Shown: positions 1-12,133 of the stretch, piece after piece | How positions within the stretch are numbered: the first letter of the stretch is position 1 | How the letters are laid out: each line of letters starts with the position of its first letter | Assembly (NCBI GenBank): GCA_015680685.1 | Contig: MNCI01001903.1 | Coordinates: 172,302 to 236,301, forward strand | DNA: 64,000 bases | Reading direction: 5' to 3' | DNA from: Gnetum montanum | Taxonomy: Eukaryota > Plantae > Gnetophyta | Translations under genes and position numbers: made by a program | Notes under the pieces: generated by a model | The model's input: only the letters and a program-made list of their open reading frames with translations | What the model was told of the DNA's origin: nothing | Databases searched by the model: none

Positions 1-398
1 CGCTTGGTAATCCCAGTGGCATACCTAGGCCTATGCTTGGTAGTCCCAGTGGCAGTCGTGCACGAAGTCCAAGATGTGTACGGTTGATCAAGGAATTGGT
101 TGCTCGTCGCACTTAGGCTAGATTAGATTTTCTTACCCTTTTCCTCTTAGCTTAGAATTAGTTAATATTATTTTCCACTGCCTTCAGGAGTAGCATAGAT
201 TAGGAACACATCATACACCTCCTCTAGACTAAACCATATGTGACATATGCAAAACTAATCTAGGTGGGAAGACAGCAAACTGCGACCTAAGGCTAACTAT
301 CTAGGTGCCACAACTAGTCCATCTACGGAGTTTGACTGGATCGCGCGTGCGACGCTCGTTTCGTATGGTTAAGTGTAGGGGTACCTCGCCACTCATCA
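1..398 (+). mobile_element. Partial LTR (3' part) of Athila-like family A; no PBS follows, so a 3' LTR or solo LTR
   Basis: Ends ...GGGGTACCTCGCCACTCATCA at 398; collinear with the reverse complement of the LTRs at 43266-44047 and 58219-58999; followed by atatc, not TTGGC. Confidence 0.9.
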
Positions 399-1336
399 AT
401 ATCCAAGCATAATAACTTACATAAAGACTCTTACAATCAACTCAAATCTATGCTGCAAGAAGTTTTTGAGTGTTATAAATCATGGAATGATACTATAAAT
501 CATTTGGTACAACTGACTAAAATTATGTTTTCTACCCATCACAACTTATGTATTTATAAGCCAAAAGTTAGGTTGTGTTTAAGCATATCGGTTAATGCAT
601 CCCATCAAAAAATGGAATTTTCACATTCATCACACTTTTAGACATAGTTGATGAAGAGTCTCTTAAAGAAAAATGAACCTTATGACATAACTAAAAATGG
701 ATATTGTGAATTTCCTAGCACCTCTCACTCTTGCATAGCCTACTCTACAACTTATTTATATTAGTTGTTTAGGCTTTTAAGACATTTCATTTTTATAAGC
801 AACATCTCTCATTCCATTGTTTCAATTGTATTTGTGTCCATGAGTTCAATATTGGTTGTTCTTGATCATGTTACTCACTATTGTATAAGTAAATATGTCA
901 TTCAAATTAAAGTCATGAACATCTCTAAAATAAAGTTAATATTGAAGTTCCACCTAAACTTCAAGTTGTGTGTCTTTTTTCTTTTTATGTAAAAGTAAAA
1001 GAAAATAATGCAAACTTCAATATTATGAACAATTTTTTTAGAAAAAGCAACAAACAAAATTGAAACATAAGATGTGTATGGAATTCTCCTTTTATGAATA
1101 TGATTAATAACATTGCTACTACATTTTACAAAAGGATTGCATTTGTGATATAACTTTTAGGAATTTTTCAACTAATTTTAGGTTTGATAATCTTGCCTTG
1201 TAATTGGGCTTGTAATTGAGTTATGGTTTTATAGCCCAAAAAAAACACAGTATCAAAAAAACTAAGCAATAGAACAAACTGTTATGCTACACATTCATAT
1301 TCTAAATATTCTAGATGAGCTAATCAATTTCCTAAC

Positions 1337-1430
1337 TTTGTTGAAAAAAATTGAAATACATGAAAGACATGATATGATATGAGAGTTTGTTGAAAAAAAT
1401 TGAAATACATGAAAGACATGATATGATATG
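1337..1430. repeat. Perfect 45-bp direct duplication (period 49)
   Basis: TTTGTTGAAAAAAATTGAAATACATGAAAGACATGATATGATATG at 1337-1381 and 1386-1430. Confidence 0.9.
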
Positions 1431-2962
1431 CATTGAAAACATAACATGTCATGAATAAGTGGAACTTAGGTCAAGTACCTTAGTGCAAAATCATAATATT
1501 CAAGACAAAATATTGTCTAGTGCTATTTCAAATGCTTAATTGTGTCAAGTGATGCTATTAGTTGTCTTCTCTACTCTTGTTTGCAAAGTTGTAGCTTGCT
1601 TACTGTTTGCATTTGCATTGACTAGTCCAAGGTAGCAATTCGCCATGACATAACACGCACCCTATCTATTTTTGGCCTAGAGGCCAACTCGTTTGGTGTG
1701 AGAGGGGGCGGGGGGACTGCCAAGTCAGATGATGAAATTGAAAATAAGATAAAATAAAAAAAAAAGGTTGTTGCCACCATGCACTAAAAAATCCACCACA
1801 AGACTACCCCTGCCTTGGCATGTCCATCAACGTTAGGAAGATGAGCGTGGTTTGGCTTTGGAAAATTCTAATTTCGTTTCAAAAATTTTTGATTCTGTTT
1901 CCATCTCTAATTTCAGTCCATTCAGAAAGACATCAAATATTTCTGACTTCATTTTATTGTATCTGCCCAATTGCTATTTTTCATTTAGTAGGATTACAAA
2001 AATTTTTGATTTCATTTTAGAAATTTTTGATTTCATTTCCACTAAATCAAGTTCATGACGTCTTAAAAAATTTCTATTTTGATTTCCAACCTATCTACAA
2101 CGTTGTCCCATATAAGCTTCCAATGTATTGATTTTTTGTTTTGCGGAGATGCAACACGGCCATCAATTCCAGCCACTATCGGAATAAGAACAGCAAGAAA
2201 AGTAACACCCTAGAGCACCTCCTTCAATTGTAGCCACTATCCGAATCAAGCACACTGGGAAAAGTAATTCCACCAACTGATGGTGACTACATGGTGACAG
2301 ACACAATGCCCTGCTACCAATCTCCCACTCCCCAACTATTTCACTAATATCAAAAAGACACCTACAAAAATAAGCTCTAACGTATGCCTACCTTAGATTT
2401 TTCAGAAAAGTTTATTTGCTTTATTTTTCTACTTGCATCTTGAATTCTTGAGAAATTCTATCTACCATCTTGATGAACAGTGATGATGGTAATTACACAA
2501 CATAATTGAACAAGCAACAACAATAGTACCCTACTTTGCTTCATCTTTATTATTGCTTTCCTTTAATTCTTCCCATCATATTTAATTTGAATCCAGATTA
2601 ATTTATATTACATAAGAAGACTGTATTTTCCATTAAGCACATGCATTTTCCATGTTTGTTTGGGAAAAAGAAAATGTTCAAATCTCATTGTGTTTTTCTT
2701 CAAATATTTCAATTCAAGTGGCCTTTTAAACAAGAAGTATAATTATACCTAAACTTGGTCCAAGGAATGAAAACAAAAAATCATGGTTTTAAAGTGCCAT
2801 TAGGAATTTTGTAAATTCAATCAAAATTGTCATTGTGAATAGTTCCAATTTGTATTCCCAAATGGCTATCCATTAAGAAGGGCTTTGATAAAACTAGTAA
2901 GACTCCTTAATTCCAAATTGCAATGGAACACGTAATCACTTTTTCACATTTTGATTTTTCCT

Positions 2963-3783
2963 GGAAACCAAAACTACGGCCTTGGTCCCATGTTGTGGAG
3001 TAAAGTATTCACAAGTCTCTTTGATTTTAAAGGCAACAAAATTTGTTTGTTAGACTTTTATTTAGATGTTAGGAAATTATAGGCCTAGAATCTATTTGTT
3101 AGCATTTTATTTAGATAGTAGGAATTTATAGGCCTAGTAATGCATACAATTATCATAAAATATTCTACTTCCTTCATGGTTTCATGAATTTGTATGACCA
3201 TCCTACACTGCATTGTGATTTTCAGTTAATTTCATATGGGATTTTAATAGATAAATTTGGTTACTAAAATGTTAGTATTATTAAAATATCAATCTTATTA
3301 TTGATGTGAGAGGTCATGCACAATAAAATATTGTTTCTACAAACAAACTGGCTACATGTAGCATGTTAAACTTGGTTCCACAACAAGTATAATTATACCA
3401 TTTTCATCCACTTTTGATTTATCGTTATGCTTTAGAATTTAGTTTCTTATGGGTTTGCATGTGTACTTGGAATATTATATTTAATTTTTTGGATGAATAA
3501 ATAGCAAAAAATGATGCAAAGGGTTACATGTGTGGAGATCAAAAATTACCATCAAGTGATCATACCTGTTGGCCATAGATACAACTTGGCCAAAAACCAG
3601 ATAACAAATAAGCACAATAGCCTAATAAAATTGAAGGCCTTGAAACCAAACATAAAGCCTTGGTGAGGTGTTGTGAAGTCAAGTATTCACAAGTTTCTTC
3701 TTTAATTTTAAATGACAAAATCTGTTTGTTAGCCTTTTGTTTAGATACTAGGAAGTTATAGGCCTAGTAATGCATCCAATTAT
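2963..3783. repeat. Diverged direct repeats (~2963-3153 and ~3642-3783); first copy has an internal ~50-bp tandem duplication
   Basis: Shared blocks GAAACCAAA, AAGTATTCACAAGT, TGTTTGTTAG, TTATAGGCCTAGTAATGCAT in both copies. Confidence 0.8.
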
Positions 3784-4147
3784 TTTTTTTATAATTATGT
3801 AGTATCAATTTTAATTTATAAGAATAAATGAATACAAATTAGTAGGATTCCCTGCAATAAAAGACACTCTAAAGAAAAAGATAAAGCAACCACTTTTTTA
3901 GAAAACAATGTTGTCTTATTCCATTGCTTACCATATTTTTGTGTTTATAGATGATGAAATCTTTTTATAATTCTTGAATTAAGGTTGATGTTTATAATGT
4001 ATTTCACATTTCATCGTAATTATAAAGAAATAAAAGTAAATATATATATGTATATATACATACATACATACAATCTGAACCTATTATAATTTTACAATGA
4101 CTTTCTCCTTTAATATTACCAATTTCACTCATATTTGTATTTTCTAG

Positions 4148-4557
4148 GATAAAGTGTCAAAAAGGGCAAAACACTCAAGTTGCAATGTTCTTATGGGTCT
4201 ATTTCCTAAATTCATTTAGGTATAGCACTATTTGCCATTAGTTAATAAAATATAATAATATGGTTTCATGGTTTTTGACATCATAACTTTTATTTTAAGC
4301 TTATGGGTATAATTAATATACATGATTATGTTGGCTAGATTTTATAAAATTGGAACAATATGCTAAAAGTGCAATGACTACCATTAAGGTGTCTAGGGCT
4401 GGAGAAGAGTCTATGTACCATAGTTATTTCAACTAGAATATGCTTTACATGGGTTGTTTAACTTATGCTTTCACACCATACTTAGATAAGAATATTAAGC
4501 AAGGTTCATAGTAACCACTCAAATATTTTGAAACTCAAATTCTCAATAACAACCATG
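4148..4557 (+). pseudogene. Decayed exon of an unknown aromatic-rich protein
   Basis: Bounded by ttttctag acceptor and gtatat donor; one frame reads MFLWVYFLNSFRYST...AYGYN*YT...LDFIKLEQYAKS...GCLTYAFTPY with stops but no frameshift. Confidence 0.35.
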
Positions 4558-4698
4558 GTATATATCTCTAACAAAAAACATTATATGCTTTTGATAGGTA
4601 AGAAAATAAATTTAAATTTTATTGGAAGATATTATACTTAAGTAGCATGTTTAAGTATGATGATGATGGAATATTTGCATTTAGGCATTATCAACAAC

Positions 4699-5559
4699 AT
4701 GGATGTTGCTACTACTAGTCCCACTAGGAAAGGCGTAAAACACTCTATTTACAATTCATGGAAGTCATGGTAATGGGTGTGGGTGTGGGCATGGATGTGG
4801 CCAAGGCCAAGGATGGCCATAGATCATAGAAACTAGAAATCTAGAATTGATAAGTATAGAGGAGAGAAGACAATTTAAAAAATGAGAATCAAAACTACAT
4901 GATTGAGAACAACAATAGATTCTACGAAGTTTCGGATTATGATAATGAATTTTTTTATGCATATTTTAAAATTTCAAACTAAATAAATTTTTGCATTTTT
5001 CAGCTCTAATTTTAATGTGTGTAAATCTTATAGTGTTATTTACGTACTTACATTGCAGATATTTTTTTAGGCTACATCAACTTTAAATCCCCTCTCATCA
5101 CCTAGAAACTCATCTTCTAAAATGATTCACATTATTGATAATAATAATGTAAATAACATTATCTAGAGTTAAGACCATTGACTCTTTGAAGATTCATCCT
5201 CCTTTCTCTATGTAGAGATATAGAAAGATTTCAGATGCTAAACCTATCCATAGTAGAATTGCTATTTAGAAAGATTTCATTACTACGGTTAAGAATCACA
5301 TCAAAATTTACCTTCGAAAATTTTTAGCTTGGTTTCTATATAGAAGATGAAAGAGAGAAAAATGTTTGCACAAAGATTATTACATAAACGTCTACATAAT
5401 GGAGACAGAATAAAGAGGCTCATTTCTAGAAAATGTTTTTTTTTTATTTATGGCATAATGGAGAAGAAAGCTGTCATGCAAAGTACAAAAAAGATAGACA
5501 AATATGTTCAATGCAATAATGCTTTGGTTATAATTCATGATATGGTTGACAATTGGTAA
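4699..5559 (+). pseudogene. Decayed GR-repeat/AT-hook protein, possibly related to Ptta/En-Spm TNP-type transposon accessory proteins
   Basis: 4769-4819 reads G-N-G-C-G-C-G-H-G-C-G-Q-G-Q-G-W-P, which is G(RG)nRP after reverting CpG deamination; downstream exon contains GFYIEDEREKNVCTKIIT*TST*WRQNKEAHF, a pattern resembling the F-x-I-x-D-E...WR-x-x-K segment of Ptta-like proteins. Confidence 0.35.
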
Positions 5560-5921
5560 CATTATTAGAGGACTTTTTCTTTGACATGCATAGATATAGT
5601 GTCATTATAGTCGTTGATGTGGTCATGCTGTCATGACTAATAAGTGGTTACATTATTGAAGTTTGGAATGTATTGATATAGTGTTAATGTTGTGCTCGAG
5701 AAGTAGATCAAATCTTTTGTTATTAAATATAGTAATGGTTAAAAAGAAGGAGAAATCATTATGATGATAGTGATGATATGACAAAAATTAGTACATTATG
5801 TTATATTTTTTTTGCATTGGGAAGAACATGTTCTTGTAGCTAGTCCTCTCAATAGATTATAAATGGTAACATGCATTTCAGTTAAGTGAATGACATGTGT
5901 TGATAAATCTAAATCAATAGA

Positions 5922-6930
5922 ATGATAAGAATTTGTATTTTCTATGGAAGTAAGTTAGGCAAGCATAATAGATTTGAAAAGATTGCTAAACAAGTTGGAT
6001 TAGAAATGGCAATGTTAGTTGTTTCTAATTTTCAAGGTATGTATAATAAATTTATATGTTTTTGTTTATTTAACTTAGTTTTTTTTTTTTTTGTATGAAG
6101 GTTGGAAGAAATATAGAATTAATATATGAAGGAGGAAGCATTAGGCTAATGGATGTTGTAGCCAACACTATTTTTAGTAGGGGAGGAAATGTTCTTGGGT
6201 AAGATTATGACTTTGGATTATTATTAAGGTATTTTCCTCCTAAACTTATTATTTGATTGTTATTTTTATCTTACATAACAAAGTGGTACCAAAATTTCTT
6301 TCATTTGAGTAGGTACTATAACAATAATAGTCACCTTTTGTTAGTGTAGTATACTTGCACATATCATACTGATAGTTTAAGTATTTTCTTATGATTTTTA
6401 CTACACATAGATCATTAGTGAAATAATCGACAATGTTTATATTATTAATATTATGCATGAGAGGAAAGAAATAATGATAGAATGCTTAGATGTCTTTATT
6501 GCTTTACTAGGTATTTGTTATATTAGTATTTCATTTTGTAATATTTAATGTATTCCATTATAGTTGAAATAATGTTTATTTTCTTATTACTAGGTAGTTT
6601 TGGGACCATGGAAGAAGTTATGGAGGTTATTAGTTGGAGACAACTTGGAATTCATAACAAGGCAATATGTTTGATGATGCTCTAACATTAGGCATAATTT
6701 ATCATCATTAATGTTAAAAATTGGTTAGTAATTTTTCTTATTTATTTTCAATTTGGGTTGTTAAATGTTGAAGGCTATTATGACTTTCTGTTAAAATTTT
6801 TAGATCATGTAGTGAATGATGGTTTTATTAGTAGTCAAGATTGTAATATCTTTTTTTGCAAAGACTTGTCCAAGAAAGTTTATAAGTAAGCTTTTGATAT
6901 GAAAATAGTACCAATAGCTTGGATTTAAAG
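5922..6930 (+). pseudogene. LOG: LONELY GUY cytokinin riboside 5'-monophosphate phosphoribohydrolase, six exons, decayed
   Basis: Exons 5922-6008 (RICIFYGSKLGK), 6101-6198 (VGRNIELIYEGGSIRLM..GGNVLG), 6282-6312 (VVPKFLSFE*), 6411-6510 (MHERKEIM..DVFIALLG), 6594-6664 (SFGTMEEVMEVISWRQLGIHNK), 6752-~6930 (GLLNVEGYYDFLLKFLDHVVNDGFIS). Matches plant LOG motifs and exon order; several splice sites are mutated and there are in-frame stops. Confidence 0.93.
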
Positions 6931-7350
6931 AAAATATTTTGGTTGAAGAAAATTATGGTTGGTTCCAATGGCAACCAAAGCATCCATCGTCCTCACTGGA
7001 AACTAGATTGGAACCATCTAAACCAAAAGTAAGCTAGGCTCTTGCATCAATTAAACTTAATGACTATAAGTAGTTGTGACTATACCTTAAAGATATTAGC
7101 AAAAGGGAATAATTATTCATAAGAAAAAGTGATTATTTTCTTAGTAGTTGGTGTCATTATATTATTGCTAATGAAAAGACTAGTGTATATTTATCAGTAA
7201 TCCTCACAAAAAAGGAAATATGTGATCCTTATTTATTAAGCATATGTAGTATCACATGAAACAAGTGTAAGTATTACAAATAGAAAATAACCATAAAGAG
7301 AAAGGGCAACTCATTTTATTAACATTACAATATAGAATATATGCTAAAGT

Positions 7351-8148
7351 TTATGGATCTTCATCATAATTAGAATCTCCAGCATAAGAACTTGCCAACA
7401 ACACTTGATGGAGTGGATGTTGCAGGTCTTCCAATGTTAGCCCACTGTTAAGTTGAATATTCAATATGCATAAATCATATGTGAAAGGTGAAGTTGTATT
7501 ATCAACCTACACATTGTTTTTTTAAAAGTAACTTATATTCAATTTGTTTGTTGTATACACTACTTGATGGAAAGCAAATCTTGATGGACTACAAGCGACA
7601 GGTCTTCTTTCTATAGTGGAAAATAAGTAATAAATCATGCTTGTCCAACCATACCTGTTTCTGTATATATATTTAAATCTGGGATTTTTATAGAAGAAAT
7701 AATCACTATGATTTGCACCTTGAACAAAAGAGGAAAAATTTTCTATCATCAAATATGGATTATGACCAAAATATTTCCACCATTCAAACCATGCATTGTT
7801 AGGTATGTTAAATGGAACAATATAAATTTCATAATAGAAACATGAATTTCCAAATTTGTAAAATAAACACAGCCACCAATTATTTGTCATGTTGCTTGTG
7901 TTCTAAATTCAAACATATACCTTGTGGTAATAATTTATCAATGAATTGATTTTCTTATATTTATATATTGCATTCTATTGATGCAACTTGGATTCATAGA
8001 CAAATTTTTTTAAAGTAGCTCCATATCATTGAGAGTGAGATTCCATTGCAACTGGTGGCATCCATTCATCTAGATCTCTACTATCACAATTCATTAGTAG
8101 ATGGGAAGATTGCTCTTGCAAGCCTTTTGTAATTAGATATGATCTCAT
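7351..8148 (-). pseudogene. Intronless 266-codon decayed ORF, Trp/Tyr-rich, unknown family
   Basis: ATG at 8148 is in frame with ORF 7522-7890 and with the terminal TAA at 7351 (798 nt, no frameshift); preceded by a ttttgatag acceptor. Confidence 0.6.
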
Positions 8149-9003
8149 TTTATCCCTTTTATAAATCTATCAAAATAAAGCAAAAATACAAAAGTTAAGA
8201 CAGAGAAAATTTATTAATATCGAACTTAAAAGAATTATAAACTTTGATTATGTTTGTAAACAATAGCTATAAAACTAAAAAATCAAAACAAGCATAAGGT
8301 AGATTTTGTGAGATTTTCTATAGTAAAACATGAATTCAAAAGTTAGTATACTCTAATGTTGAGTTCTTCTTTGCAAGAGCCTTCTAGATCTACAACACTT
8401 GAATTATGCTTTTTATTTGTAGAGTGTGTGCGATTAGTATGCATAGTATGGTTATGTCATTAAGTAAAAAAAAAAAAAACAAGATCTTATAGTTGAAGTT
8501 TGACATGTTTTTTTTTTTATTCAGTGGAGGTTATAACCTATTAAGTAAAGTATATGTTAGGTTCATATTATGGTAATGTTATAGAACACTGATGTAACAT
8601 GACAAAGCAATTGTGACATACAACTAGTAGATTTTATCTTCTCATTGAGTGTGGTTCTATAACCATCATATTCTTGGTATGAGTTCACAAAGAGGTGGTT
8701 TGATAATCATTAATGGAAGATTTGATTTGAAAATTTTGAGCATGCTAAGTTGCACAAGAGATATGAATCTACTATTTTAATAATAATGTTGATAGTGGTA
8801 GATTTGGATGTATTAATTGCAAAGTAAAAATTCAACTATACTAACATAAAATAATGGATAAGTGGAACACATACTATGCATGTTGTAAATTGCAGTAAAT
8901 ATTTATGATTTGAAGTTGTTTCTTTGTTATGTGTCTTTTGAAGTTATTGCTAGGATTGTGTATATAAAAGAGTTTCACTTGATTGTAGATGTATCAGAAT
9001 GCC

Positions 9004-10390
9004 ATGGCATTAGCACAACAATATAATGATGGTTTATATAGAGTTCATGTTCTTATTGTTGATCATAATGTTTTATGTTTACTGGCATCAAAAGATATGT
9101 TTGAATCTTGTAATTATAAAGGTATAGTTATGTGTTATTTTGTTAAGCTTATAGTATGAATTTTCTCTTCAAAATGTTTACCATTAAATTTTGTTTACCT
9201 ATTAGTTACAATAATTTGCATTGAGGGGATAAATGCTTTGGATGTATTGAAAAAAGAAGGAAATATATTTAATCTCATTGTTATTGATGAGCACATAGTT
9301 TTTCAACATAGATTCAAAATAGCAAAGTATGTTATAAAAAAATTAAGAATACCTTTAATAAGTAAGTTCTTTGATATGTTGCAAGTTAAGTAATTTGATA
9401 TAGTTATTTGTATATATTTTAATATTCTTTTTATTACATAGTGATATCTATTACTGAAGATAAATATACTATCAACAAAGAAATTATGCTTAAAGCATGT
9501 TAGTGTCTTTAAAAACCTATACTTCTAAAAGATGTGAAAACTATGTAGCAACATATAATCAAACAAAAAATTATTTGAAATATTTTTTTTTGCCAGAAAT
9601 ACAGTGACCAAAAACAAGCAAAAAACACTAGAGAAAAAGTAGTAGGAAGATAAGAGAAAAGATTTAAAATGAATTCTGTGTAGTGAAATTGAATAAAGGT
9701 TTATGAAAAGTGGGAAAATGCTTTGAATATATGGTAATATGTTTTGTTGATTTTATACATATAGTTATTTTTTAAAATTAAGTAATATGATTTTTTAATT
9801 TTGGGTTATTACTAGGTGAGATTTAAATAATACATGAACATGACAGGACTCACCCTACTTATGTAGATGCACAAACATAATTTTTAGGAAAAAATATTAT
9901 AAAAAATAAAGTGTTATAAAAGTACATATTTGTATGTAAGTTCTATAGTTTTAATAAATATAATTACTTGAAATTGTGCAAAAATGTCGCTTTTCATTGA
10001 AGGCAAAAAAGAATTTTCATTCTGATTTTACAAATGTTGATAAAAATAATATTTACCATGAACAAGTAATAGTAGGAAATGTCACCTCTTTGAAGAAATC
10101 ATGTATAAGATTTCATGGAAATTTTTTTGTTGATGCTACATAAAATAGTCATATCAAGTATGACTTATGAAATAGAAATGTTGATCATACTTATCATTTT
10201 TATAGTTATGATGGAAATCAACATTTGTCAAATGTATATATAAATAATAAACAAACATTATATGATGGTGAGGATGCTATACTAGATGTATGTTATGATT
10301 ATTTTATATAAGTTAGGAAAATTAACATAAATTTAGAAGGTATAGATCAATCAAATTTTATAGCCTAATAGTATACAAGAGTTCAGAGAT
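9004..10390 (+). pseudogene. Type-B response regulator (receiver domain + decayed GARP/Myb-like domain), spliced
   Basis: Exon 9004-9121 VHVLIVDHNVLCL..MFESCNYK; exon 9206-9361 ALDVLKKEGNIFNLIVIDEH..LRIPLI; exon 9442-9733 MIS..KPILLKDVKTM*QHIIKQK then KRKR; ~9835 MNMTGLT; ~9981 KCRFSLK. Motif order and intron positions follow ARR1-type genes. 3' end approximate. Confidence 0.85.
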
Positions 10391-10491
10391 CTCTTTGAAA
10401 CTATTGTCCAATATGTGATGCAGATAGGAAGGATGTGTTCTATAGTTGATTTACATCTATCTATTTTGTTCAATCTACCTTGCAACTCTTG

Positions 10492-10537
<46 letters not shown>

Positions 10538-10602
10538 NGGGCTATGGGTGGTGGTAAAAGTGGTACAAGCTTTTATTCCAATGGAACTACACCAAAAGTC
10601 TC

Positions 10603-10706
10603 TTAATTGTTGGAAAATTGTTTAATTGTTTCCTTTGTTTCCTTTGTTGGAAAATTGTTTCCTTTGTTTCCAATGTTGGAAAATTGTTTAATTGTTTCCT
10701 TTGTTG
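10603..10706. repeat. Modular minisatellite
   Basis: Shuffled units TGTTGGAAAAT, TGTTTAAT and TGTTTCCTT. Confidence 0.8.
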
Positions 10707-12133
10707 GCTGGAGTTTTCTTATTTGATGAACATTATATTGCCATTCTTCTGCTTCTCTAAACTCTAATGTAGTGACATAAATTTTGACTCAAATAGCTAC
10801 CAAGAAACATTATTAAGTATTTCTTGAAAAATTTTAAGGTCATTTTCCTACGAAATAGGCATAACTTAAATATATAGTTTATATTTAAATTATCTTACAT
10901 AATTAAAACATGTACTTATTTTAATTTTATTTCACTACTTTCATGTCCCAATAATGTTTTACCCTTCTCATTATGTATTATCATCAAATTTTGTGCAGTA
11001 TCATCCACCACTTTCACACTGAAAAGATATCTATTTCATGAAATATAAGTTATAAATATCAATAATTATTCAAAATATATTGTATTAAATTGTAAATCAA
11101 TATACCCTAATTAACATTAATTTATAAATTTCATGTTTTATGCCATAGGTAATACATTCATATAATATTTTTTATAATACTTCTTTTGAGCTTCCTTCTT
11201 CAGAAGCCTTAACATCTTCGTTGATATGCTAATTATATAGGCAGCTACAATAAAATTAACTTGTAAAAAATATTTCAATTATCTTTATTATATACATTTT
11301 GAAAAAATAAGTTTTTATTTTTTTATGACTTGATATACATTACTAATATGAATAGTTTAAGTCAATTTGCATAATGTGGCTTATTTTTTTTCTCTAGCTA
11401 ATGGATATGAAGATATCAATGTCTTTTTTGATTCATTTATACTTGTATACTTGTCAAAGAAAATAAGTTTAGTAAAATTCAATAATTAACTATTTTATTT
11501 TTAAAATAAAAGTGCTTACCATTCTTGTAATTCTCTTGTTTATGAAATGTTGGAATTGATGATAACACCACTGTCATTAAATGTTGTTACACTTTTTCCA
11601 AAGAAGTCTTTTACATAAACATTGGAAAGCATTACAATTGGAGATGATGTTGTGTCTTTCTCAATCATTCCATAAAGGTTTTCCCCTTCTACAATTGGTA
11701 AGTGTCTCCATAATGTTACAATTGTAACTTATCATTATTACAATCATAATACAAATGTAACTTTAGAGTTGAACAACTTCAACATATGCATATTATAATG
11801 AAATAAGAAATATTTTCTTACCTTGGATCTAATATCTCTAATTATCTTCTTTCAATTATTCGATCATTTATGTCTCTTTTTAATGTATTAATTGCACTTA
11901 TTCCTACTACTATTTCAATTAGTTCTATAAATGTTAAAAAGAAATGTTAGTTATGAAACATATAAAATATATTACTCAATAATTAGCAATTCTAAAAAAA
12001 TACCTAGTTTCTCTTGTGAGTTGATATAAGAGTCCAGATTTAAGAGCTTGATGAAAGTATACTTGTAATCTAGAATTTCCTTGACCATCTCATCTATTTG
12101 GTGGATTTTAGAAGGTCTATTTAATACCATTTT
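10700..12133 (-). pseudogene. RPA70-like ssDNA-binding protein, 3' portion (end of OB-A, OB-B, OB-C), multi-exon
   Basis: Minus-strand exons: MVLNRPSKIHQ..YKYTFIKL; IVVGISAINTLKR..LEILDP; VTLWRHLPIVEGENL..PIVMLSNVYVKDFFGKSVTT..TRELQEW; RYLFSVKVVDDTAQ..KGKTLLG; ENDLKIFQEILNNVSW. These correspond in order to plant RPA1 segments. Confidence 0.85.

Noticed and set aside
450-992. Short ORFs after the first LTR
   Set aside because: No recognisable homology or exon structure.
1850-2100. CRISPR-like array
   Set aside because: Degenerate short AT-rich repeats without constant-length unique spacers, in a eukaryotic context.
4100-10400. IPT or CHASE-receptor gene completing the cytokinin pathway
   Set aside because: Looked for an IPT P-loop (GxTxxGKS) and histidine-kinase motifs by eye; none found.
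10496-10538. Long poly-T as the poly-A tail of a retrocopy
   Set aside because: Adjacent RPA gene retains introns, no TSD seen, and the run abuts an N, so its length is unreliable.
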